A DNA stretch of 64,000 nt from Mizuhopecten yessoensis (Eukaryota): positions 260,423 through 324,422 of the forward strand of contig NW_018408648.1 of assembly GCF_002113885.1 (NCBI RefSeq), given 5' to 3'. The position numbers and the translations under genes were made by a program. The notes beneath the pieces are model-generated. The model was not told where the DNA came from, made no database searches, and saw only the letters and a program-made list of their open reading frames with translations. Every line of letters begins with the position of its first letter. Position 1 is the stretch's first letter. This document shows, in pieces, positions 49,763 through 61,026 of the stretch.

Positions 49763-52700
49763 ATGCTTGAGGAAGCGGTACCACTCCTTGCCGATGAAAA
49801 TGAGGCCACAGAACACAGGGATTCCATAGACGAGATTCAGAGCAGATACTTGTCAGCTGATAACGAATATCATGTCTTCATATCATACAGCTCAAACGAC
49901 GCTGATTTCGTCGAACAACTAAGAAGACATCTTGAAGAAGACCTGAAATTTAAGTAAGAATTTTTAGGACAAATGCAAAATAATATTCACAAAGGCTGAG
50001 CTTTTATTTTCTAATTTAGAACATCAAATACCAAACTTCTTATTTTTGACATACCGGTATGAAAGAAATCTTTTAATATGAAAAATATAAATATTCCTTA
50101 TAGTTACTTTTCTGGCCACGGAATTGCATGCTAGTTAAAGATAACTTTAACATGAGAATGTGATAACTAACAGTAAATAACGTATCAATACAACTGGCAG
50201 AAGAATGAGACTGATGATGGGTGTATTATAATATGAATGAAAAATAGAAGTAATCTAAATAGCGAGATTTAATCATGTAATATAATACTGTAATGAGAAA
50301 ATGAAGTATAATTTATTATTATGATGACAAGTGTGATTATTTCTAACTGTCATTTTTAAGAATATGGTCACATTGTATATCACCTATGTCTGCGTTTTGT
50401 TCGTCATGCAATAGGTCCATGCTGGATGCACACTTTACACCGGGCAAATCAGTTATAGACAATATGTCCAACTCGTACGACAAATGTGAAAAAGTGCTCT
50501 TCGTCGTGTCAGAACATTTCTTGGGTAGTGGATTCTGTGAGGAGGAGGTGAATCTTGCATACCAATATGCAATGGAGAAAAAACGGAGGGATTACATAGT
50601 TGTACTGAAAATAGATGAAAGCCAACTAGACAGAAAACTTCGCACATATACATACATCGATGGAGTCGACCGCGATATTGACAAAATCGGGAGGAAATTT
50701 CAAATGGCATATGCTAGATGCGGTAAGCTTTTGTGAAAGATATAGAACTACCTGTGATGTGTTTTAAATTTTAAAGCATCTTCTACCTTAATTGATAGTA
50801 TCATTTTAACAAAATTCTTTTATTACTTCATTACTGATGTCAATACTCAATATTTTAGGTTCAGCTGCTGTTGACGAAGAGAATAGTAATGGAACCACAA
50901 TACTGGTTAAATATCCAGTGGAAGAGTCGCCCAACCTGTTTGGGGGGATGAACTATGTGTTCCCTGACCTTTCTGAGGATGAAATGGAAAAGCTAAGATC
51001 TTCTGACATAGAGGTAGGTAGATCTTCTAACATTTTCGTGAGACAATTATCTACATTATTCAAAGGCGCATTTCTATCAATTGATAATTATTAAGAGTAT
51101 TTATAACTGCCCTTTATTCGATCTGAAATTGATAAAACTATGGCAACTATGACAAATAGATTTCATGAATGAAGTTCTTTCATAAGAAGAAGTTTAAAAC
51201 TTGGGAAGCGTTTTCTGATTCATCGACGACATTCATCGTGTATACTTAGTTCAAATTCAAGACAAACAGCACCTCCAAAGTCTAAATGGTAAAAAGACAT
51301 CGAAACCATAAAGCACACAAATGAGCATAACCAAAATCGTTATTAACTAATTGCAAAATATTTATAAACGTATACACAATTACATGTACATATATACAGG
51401 TGTCTATGCATAACTTGATACGAAAAAGCAAAGTTTGGAAAAAAAAACCCGTAGCTTTTGTTAATCTGTGATATTTTAAGGATTCGGAATTTTTGAATTG
51501 TAGATGATTGATATTCACAAAATAAGTTTACAACAGCATAACAAAACATAACAAAAACAATTACACGTTTAAAGAAATTTACATTTTATTTTTTTGGTGT
51601 CTACGAAGCATTCAGCGACTTGCTACAAAGCTATTCAAACAGAAATCAACCGGACTAGGCTACTAAATCGATACTCAATGGTTGATGGATGTACAGTGAT
51701 GAAAAAACGGTGTGTTTTTTGTGGAATGTTCACGGGATGTTTAGCGTTTCTATGTTCCATTTTGGCCATCACGTATTGGGCAAACGGTTTTCTCAGAAGC
51801 CACTGGTTCTGGTTCGCGGGTGTGGTTGTGGTATTAGTTTTATCCTTGTCTTGCTCTGCTGGAATCGCCATAATATGGACCCAAAGGATTCTGAAAAAGG
51901 TTAGTTACATAATTACAAATCAAAGTAGGGGTGCTAAATCAACACTGAAGTTCAGTTACCTTGTTATGGTCAACATATAAGACCAATAACGCTTGTGTGT
52001 AGAGAGCACCGCTTAAATTATATTCACCTAATAAGAACATGGAATGCGTCTGTTGATATAAAGACAGCAGATACAGTTAAGTACAAAACTTACGACCCTA
52101 GTGTTGAATGTTATAAGAAATGCGTTGACTTTCATATGGCAGTATACATGCAGTAAAACCGTTTATAACATTGTTCGGGTAATTGAGTGGTATCTGAAAC
52201 ATTTGTTATGTCAAATATATTTATAGTCGCCACACAGTGGAAACTGTAATATTATTATACTGTACCAACTTTATTTTTCAGATATGCGACGGGTTGAGAT
52301 CCATTGCCAATACCAACATGAACTTGAAAAGTAACAAATACATCCTTTTGTCAAGGAAGGATTTTAACGGTTTCCATGTATCCTCAATCACAAAGATTTT
52401 TCCAACTCAATAAGGATGAGTGTCTACGAGGCCCTTTTTGGGCCCCGGTATATCCAGATTTTCACCTCCTTTATTTGATCAAAGGTGTCCTATTGTATCA
52501 CATGTGCAAAAACTAAGGCGAAAGTGGGTTTTTTGGGGTACCAAAAAGGGGAAGAATAAATCACAAATATAAATTGCTGTTTTCAAAATGAGCTAAAACA
52601 ACCAAAACAATACCATTTCTGTTTTTGAAAACACATGTAAATTAAATCCGGATATACCAGGGCCCAAAAAAAGGGCCTTATAGTCACTCATTCAAAATTG

Positions 52701-55700
52701 AAAACACATATCATTTTATAATTCACGAAGAATCATGGGATTCAGAATTGGTCCAAATGTCATACAGCAATGTAAGCATCCGTCTAAAAACCTTGAATCT
52801 AAACCTATAAAGTTATACATTATAATCAAAGGATTCCTCATAGTTAAAATAGTACGATTCTTGACATGTTAAACAGCTGATGTTTATTTACTACGACATC
52901 GCCCCTTGCTGGGTAAGTAAATACCTTTATTATGTAACATGTGATATTCCAAAATGTTTCCCTAAAATGGGTGTGTCATTTCTAGACAGTATACGTATTT
53001 ATACTGCAGAGTCTAAGGAAGTTCAGTTTTTTTAATTAGACTTTCAATTAGAAATTCATTTAATATCTTCTACGAAAAAAATCAACTTACACGGACTTTG
53101 ACAAAAACAAATCGCTTCTTTATAGTCTACGTACACTGTCTGGCGATTTTTCATGTACATTGCCTGCAGCAGACGTAATTTAATGCGATTGTTCTTATTT
53201 TTTTTTAAAGCATTTCATTTCGCTCTACCCTGTATGTAAGTGTGAAAAATATCAGAAATAATATTTTCTAAGAAAACCTCTTTTAAATGGCGCTATCAGG
53301 GGTCACGTGGTTTAGATTCATGCCCGCTCAGCGGTTAACCGGTCTGGTGCATGTTTATCAGTTTTTATTAGTTGTTTTCCACTAAAAATCTGCTATCAAA
53401 ACATGTTTTGTTTACCTTTTACGGATGATTTTGAACGATTTCTTAGGTCAGTATATAATCTATATGAGACGTTATAACACCAGGTCAATCAATTTTGAAC
53501 ACCTTATTTTAAATCAAATTGAAATTTGTTTATTTCCCTTTTCTATAAATTTATAAACATTTTTAACAACAATTAGGACAATAAAATCAACCAATATTAA
53601 TCATTCTTCGTGGCTTGGACAGTAGCGCACAAGTGTTTTTTTTTTGTGGCAGGAAATCTGAGTACCCGGGGAAAACCGAAGTGGTGACCTTGTACTTGTT
53701 CACGTCCAATCGGGGAAGCGAACACCAGCCGTTTGGTGAAAGACGAGTGCGCTAACCACTGCAAATCTGACTATACCCTAAAGATTCGAATTTTAATGTA
53801 ACATTGCCATACTGAAAAGCGGTTGTCCAGGCGATGTTGTTCAGCAACGTAGGTAGTGGTCAGTGACTGGATAGGTGTCCACCCGCTCATTACACAATAT
53901 TAAACACATGTACATAATATTTCATACTCAATGTTAAAGTCTTATATGATCATGTTAATACTGTAATCTTCATTGTTTAGGAATTCTTTAAAGGACATGT
54001 GGAGTGGTCGGATACTTCTCAAGAATATACAAATGTAAGTCATCATCATTTGGTTCAATATGTCTCATCAATGCACATGTCTTTAGATTTTTTTTTATTA
54101 ATCTTTAGCCAATTGAAAAATAAAATATTATCTCAAATATTAATTAGATGATCAGGAATCAAATCTTCACTTGGTAAACGGCTCGCTAATGGTAAGTCAA
54201 AATCTTGGATATTTTCATATTTATGTTTCAAACTGAAAACATTTTGAAAAATAATTTATATACATATACATGTCAACACGCAAATTCTTCTATATCTTCA
54301 TAAATGTGATTAAAGACCATGAAATAGGAATGTTCTTCCCGTAATTCTATGTCAGATTTATTTTTCAATGCCCTATTCGGTTATTGATTACCCAATTGAG
54401 CAACAGTAGTTACAATGATAAGCAAAATTTTCAAGAAATTTTCCTGGCCGATCAGTTAGACTCCGCATGAAGCGCCTGCATTGCCTTCAGCATTACAAAG
54501 GGGAATACTAACGAGTGACCTCACTGAACATGATCAACATCCTTTATACCAACTATAAGTGGTCATTTTGCTTTTTATGTAACTTTTCTTTTTCACTTAC
54601 TCGTGGGCCAGTTTTTAATATTTTGTTTTTATTGGCACCCCACTTTTCAATCCTTATTGAACATTTATTTAGATCTCACAGTTCTTCACTATTCACTATT
54701 TATTTATATGACAATAACGATGCTATTTTCTAGTCCGCCGTCATTAATAAATTACCTATTCACAAAATTCATAGTTTCTTTTTGAGCAGCCAACACATTT
54801 TTTACTGTTAACTTTATTTTTTGTATTGCTAGAAAATGTGCAGGTGGATATTCACGCAGGCCATTGTGTTATATTACGGTGGCCAACACAATAATATCAC
54901 GGTGACAAATAACCCAAGGCATCCGATGGGGACATTTCATAGCTGCCTCTGTCAACTGTTAGACATCACAAGGACAGAAATTAATGAATCTGAAAGACTT
55001 AAAGCGGTAAGAATATTGCGAATAGTATACTCTAAATCTAAATATGTGTACAATGTTGTGCAGAGGAGTGTGTGAGGAGTCAAAGTGGATATGAGATTGT
55101 TGAATGTTGTGGGTTGCAAAAACCTATTTGACTGCAAATTATGTAATAATATACACTAATTGACAGAAATATCGTTATTAATTTGACCTAAAATGCTTTA
55201 AAATAGGGCAACGACGACTAGGTTAGGGTCACAGAAACCGTGTTTAATTTTTTTATGAAATACCTTCGTAAAATATGCAAGCTCACACTTATTATGTATT
55301 TATCATACCTTGTTTACGTCTTGGAATACAATTTTTTGTATTTGTAAGCATTATGATCTAAACTACACAACAGTTTAGCAACACCAACAAAAAAATCAAA
55401 ATACCCCATGAGATTCATATTATTTACAGCTGACAAAATAACAAAGTTATATCAAACATTAAAAGAGGGTGAGTTGGCTGGGTATAACAAAATCACAGGG
55501 CGATGCTTTTTTCTACTGGGTATGCTTAAGATGGGAGTGTCAAGTACAGGAACTATTGACAGTTTTAAAGCATTGTTGATCGATATACCTCTGTTGGACT
55601 ACCAATGCCGCTCAATGTGGGGTTTCCCTAATTTATGATACATAGTAATATACTGACGACTAGGGACACTATTACGGTAAGTAATACGGGACACCACAGT

Positions 55701-56287
55701 CCATTGCTACCGCCTACCTTACCTACATACATAAACGTTATACCGTCATATCTGTCATGGTCAAAATCAATAATACGGTACATAGTCATAGTCATACCCT
55801 CATCATAAATCGGTCGCGGTTTATTTAGAGTACCCTCCGTTTTTTTGTGTTATATCTCCATAACATGAAAAATATATTCAAGTTAATCCTTAAATATTTA
55901 CTAATGTTATCAGTTATCTAAAGAAACTTGTAACACGTATTTTTTGTTTGAGTCGTTTGGAAACGCAATGCTTATACGGTGTAAAACGGAAAAACAAACC
56001 AATCAGAGGTCATCTACACACGATATTTTTAAGGAACAGATATTTTATTGTCCACACGATATAAGTTGCCTAGTATGAGATCTAAAAACTCCCTGGTTGT
56101 CAGACTGTTTGTCTCCGTCCATGATATTGTAGACAATCCGATTTTGTCGTAATTAATATGTATTTCATTTGTTTTACAGAAAACCCTGAAGAGTCACACC
56201 GAGGATGAAGAGACGTGTGTAATGAAAATCGTTGGATCAGAACCAGCTGACAACGTGTCGTGTGCAGAAGAAACGGTTGAAATATGA
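49763..56287 (+). CDS. TIR-domain protein with C-terminal two-TM TMEM268-like region
   Basis: Exons: 49763-49953, 50415-50722, 50859-51013, 51609(or 51597)-51899, 52282-52377, 52877-52912, 53981-54034, (54156-54191 uncertain), 54833-55006, 56180-56287; phases are compatible. TIR box1 YHVFISYS, FTPG, VLFVVSEHFLGSGFCEEE. Two hydrophobic segments in exon 4; FIYYDIAPC and RH..CLCQ motifs. Confidence 0.82.
52416..52691. mobile_element. MITE in TIR-gene intron
   Basis: atgagtgtcta..gggccctttttgggccccggtatatccagattt pairs with aaatccggatataccagggcccaaaaaaagggccttatagtcactcat. Confidence 0.8.
53650..53772 (-). mobile_element. V-type SINE copy
   Basis: ggaaatctgagtacccggggaaaacc...gtgcgctaaccactgc. 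Confidence 0.55.
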
Positions 56288-57315
56288 AACGGCAGTCAGT
56301 GACAAGATAGTGACGTCCTACAATTGAAATGTGTGGACCTTAAATGTAGTTCAGTAGAGATGCTTCATTATAAAAGTTCGCTAATAACAGTCACTGTTTG
56401 AGGTCTGTTGAAATTGCCACAAGCTATACTCCGGCTTAAAACTTAAAAACTAGCACGAGTACTTGATTTCCACTACTGGTCGTGTTGTAGGGAAATACGA
56501 ACGTTTGTTTCCCTATCACAAGGGCAATACAAAGTTTATTATGCCGACATAAAACAATAATACAAATATCAAAGATGATCAGGTTAACGCGCCGTTGTTG
56601 TCATCTACTTCAGCCGTCAGTCGGAACTCAGATGTGGCGACCCCGTACACAGTCTCGCATTAATATTCCTGCTTCCGTTATTGTCTTGACGATACAAAAC
56701 GAGCACAAGCCATATCACAATTGACTCGCCACTCCAGACCCTGTGGTATCACGATTTTCTTGATAGATGTCTTTGTCGCCAATTAACTTTCTGACTGTTT
56801 TGGTTGTTAACAAGCTGTTGTCACCACATGAAGGATATGAACTTTTTTTTCCGTATAATTTCACACAATTCTGTTAAATATTACATGTATTTGTTGATTA
56901 TTACATACGTTTGAAGCATATGGCCGAGAACCATTTTTGTATGAGTGTGAAGCAAAAAATGATGGTAATACCATACGCAACTGGCATTGGTCACGATAGT
57001 GTCATTTACTCGATTGATGGTATTTTGCTCGGATAATATGGCCAGGTTTTAAAACAATATTGGTAACCAAAAGTAATATGGGTTTGAAGTAGTGCATGTA
57101 CTAAAAAATCTGCCTTCCTTTCAAATGCAAATAGTCATGTAGAATATTGAACTAGCTTACCCTGATCCTTGGTAAAAAGAAAACTATTCTGTCTCACCTA
57201 TATAACAGCGTATCTGATTGGAATTTGTGAATTACATGACGGTAAAATAAAACATTTAGTCGTTTTCACGCGCTCAAGATTCCCTGGTCATATTGTTATT
57301 CGGAGCCTCTCTAAG

Positions 57316-57409
57316 ATCGACTTTCGGTAAAAATGACACCCCAATTATCATATATTATCATATACTCGAATATATGAACCTTGGGGTTTCATTTTTACCG
57401 AAAGTCGAT
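57316..57409. repeat. 94-bp inverted repeat (mini-MITE hairpin)
   Basis: atcgactttcggtaaaaatga.acccc pairs with ggggtttcatttttaccgaaagtcgat. Confidence 0.8.
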
Positions 57410-57599
57410 ATAAACCCCTAAACATGTAGAATTACTCTGAACACCTAGTTAAGGTCCAAATATAGCTGTAACAAATTATCAGGTTCCTGTGGTCACGATC
57501 TCTTCGGTCGGAGACAAAATCCTTGTTAAGTGTACCAAAATCTGCAAAAGACCTATGGAATCCGGATTTTTGGAAATGTACCTGTATTTTTGTATAGTT

Positions 57600-60100
57600 T
57601 TCCTGCTAGACTTGAAGAGGTCCAGGTCGTTCCTGGGTTTTTTTATAAAGAAGATGCATCGGACGAACAAAATTTTGGACTGGTCAGCATTTTACCTATA
57701 TCCAAATTATTTGAAAGATCCGTGTGTGATCAGCTGACATCATATTTCAGTTATATTTTTAATCCCTCCCTATCAGCCTTCCAGTCAGGATTTCGATGTC
57801 GGTCTACTCTGCCACGACTGGTCGAGGACTGGCGTAAGGCCCTGGACAACCATGCATATCAATGGATTTGTCCAAGGCTTTTGATTGTCTTCCTCACAGC
57901 CTACTGATCCGGAAGCTGGATGCCTATGGTCTGAGCAGTCGCTCTGTAGACCTGGTGTCCAGCTACCTGAGCAGCAGGATACAGCCGGTTAGACTAGGCC
58001 CCAAATGCAGCGACTGCTTGTAGGTGCTGAAGGGGTACAGCAAGGATCTATACTGGGTCCTCTACTTTTTAACATATTTGTAAATTACAAACATGTTTTA
58101 TATTACGCTGATGACAATACTACTGTAAGTGATACAAACAGAGATCCTCAAGTTTTAAAATCAAATCTAGAAAAAAAGTACATATAATTGAATGGTTTGA
58201 ATCAAATCATATGAGGGTTAATCCTGAAAATGTTCAAGCAATATGCTTGGGAAAGAGATCTGTTGATGTTTCAAAATATTTTAATATTGGAAATGAAAGC
58301 ATTGAGCCTGGAGCAGTAGTTACACTCCTCGAAATACATTTTGATTCCATGTTAAATTTATAATTTCACATCTCTAAATTTTATTTTTTTTAAATCCTCA
58401 CGACAACTAGCTGTTCTGAAGCGCTTAGGATTTTTTTTTTACGAGACAAGGTAGGAGTGTGATATACAACTCTTTTATTGTCTAAAATTTCAATTACTGC
58501 CCTCTAGTTTGGCATATAAACTGTACGGGGAGTATTAAGAAACTTGATACACGAGCAACCCCCGGCGACGACACTATCGTTATCACTATTCCTCGTCCTA
58601 CTAGACATTTCTCGTTTTGAGGCAGACCTACCACGAAGCCAGAGACGGACACTGAGAGTAATAAAATCAGGGAACATCTCAAAACTGTTTTTCATTTCAT
58701 CTGTATTCAGGATTTGTGTCCCCTGCTTGCGACAAAACACCAGAGAACGATCTTTTAGATTATGGTTTATATTGAAAACAAAGACTCGGTGCATGCTAGA
58801 GTTGATTGCAATAGTATAGAAATCCGAAAATTCACTCCCTGAAATGATCCCTAGAACAAGTATAAAATGATAAAATGATAGAACTGAGTCAAAAATAGCA
58901 GAAAACTGAATAAATTTCTACTTTTCTTCTGTTGTTATTTTTATCAGGAAAATAAACAAGAATATATGTCAATACAGAAAAACACTCCTTTTGTGGCTAA
59001 TAGTGTAGCTTATCTAGTGTGAAAACAGATGACAGAATAATAAAGGTCGGAACATTCATAAACGTTACTTTGCCACGAAGGGATGCTAATAAACGTCCTT
59101 TTGTTCAACAACCTCTATACAAAAATGCAAAGGAGTGACGAAAATGTGTGAACAAGTACCTTCAGCTTAACGCTATTATCAAAAGACAACGTGTTAGCGT
59201 TAAACATTTCTTTCTAAATATGGAAATATCGTGTCATCAGAAGTTTGTGGATGGTAAATTTAATCTACAAATGTATATGTGATTCCTGTCACTCTGGTAA
59301 AATACAAACTTCTTCCAACTGATTATTTTGGCTCCGGATTTTTTTTTAACTCAATCGACGACAGAAACATACAAAAGACGTCCCGGATGAGATCCTTAAC
59401 GGAGATATTGAAATATCACTTACGTACCAAGGTCACATACCTGCATTGACTATAACGACTGTGGTTACCGGTTACGTAATTTCTTACCTGTGTCTCCATA
59501 TGATGTTACCTGTTCGCTTACCTGTAGTCACTTACACGTGCGTCTTCACCCTCTGACATGCCATATACGCTACGTTCCATATAAAATTATCTTTGAAATG
59601 ACCCCTGTATTTGCTTGTCTGGGTCTCTGTCTCCACGCTCCGTGCTAGGTCTACCCCAAAATGAGAAAGGTCTACTTCATGTATATTACATGTGTACAGA
59701 TTATGCTTTACATTCACAGAGGTAACACATCGTTCATTAATATGTGTGAAAAAACACATATTAATAACCAAAGTGTTATGCCTCTGGGGCCTCTGTTGGT
59801 AGGCGATTCCCAATCACCTGGGGTTTGAAACTTGGTTTTTGTTCTTTTTTTTCTCGGTGATATTATGATATTTTGTGCAAAATATTAATTATATTAATTA
59901 TCTTACTTGCATGTGACACTTCAGTGCTTTTTCTGTAAGTGTAAACGATTGTCAGTGATAATGCACGCATCTATATAACTCATTACTTCTATTTCTTTAT
60001 GTTATTGTTATTCTATATACTTGTATTGGTCCCAATAGCTCTCAAGAGCTACTGTTCCGTGTTGGTATGTATGCGACTTTAAATTAAGCTTCTTGTATCT
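57600..60100 (+). mobile_element. Decayed CR1/L2-like LINE reverse transcriptase with 3' tail, interrupted by unrelated sequence (~58560-59780)
   Basis: RT motifs SILPISKLFER, QSGFR, LSKAFDC (frameshifted), GVQQGSILGPLLFNIF, YADD and NYCPLVWH; multiple frameshifts. Confidence 0.88.
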
Positions 60101-60937
60101 AATGAACAGACTATTTATAGACTGCAACGCGCTTTCGCAGTTTAACTAGGGCGACAAATAAATGTTGTATAATATTCCTATTGTAATAAAAGAATACATT
60201 TCTAAACATGACTTCTAGTTTTCTTACACATCACATGCACATGTATATGTTATACATACAGCAAACACTTCATTCTGTACTATAGACAAGTACTAAGTGT
60301 ACATAATTATATACATGTATACAGATTTGATTTTGTGCAAAGTAACTTTGACATTTATGTAAATATAAAAATGTGTACAATATTGATTACTTAAAAGTTT
60401 TACTAATAATGAGTCGTAATTTCCTTTGTAACATTCTCGAGCTAATGTGACGGATAAAAAGATCAACAGTTGAAACCAATAGATGATTAATCAGGTCGGC
60501 AGTATACACAACTAGAAAATGTCCGCAATTTGCCTTTTTATCCTAAATGAATATTCTCAGCAAAACTATATGGTTTTGATCTTGAATTACTTAATTCAGA
60601 GGCTTATATTTCAGTGTAATTTATGTCTCTGCTTCATTATGCTTTTTAGTAGTTTTAGATAAATAGACTGAAACACTGGATGATTTAACCTTTGTCCACT
60701 GTAGACCATAATGGACTCATCCAGATGAATGTATATGGTCTGCTCAAGTTACCTCACTAGGGGTAAAAACGGACTACTACAAAGCCTCGACATAGTTACA
60801 TATAAATTATCTTCCCGTCAGCATTACATAGGTCTACATCGTGTAAAAACATTGGAATGTGTAAATAGACAGCACATCAAAATAGGGAAATTGATGTTGT
60901 TCTTCAGGCATGCTGATGTCTGATTTTAACTTTTGAA

Positions 60938-61016
60938 TATCCGGAATACCGGACTTGTCGGGACCATATTTTAGTTTGAGCAATATATATAAACTTCCGG
61001 TTTATTGGCGCCAAAT
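60938..61016 (+). promoter_or_regulatory. PRIM1 proximal promoter motifs (ETS and E2F-like)
   Basis: ccggaa, acttccgg and ttggcgccaaa immediately upstream of ATG 61027. Confidence 0.55.
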
Positions 61017-61026
61017 TTGTTCTAAA

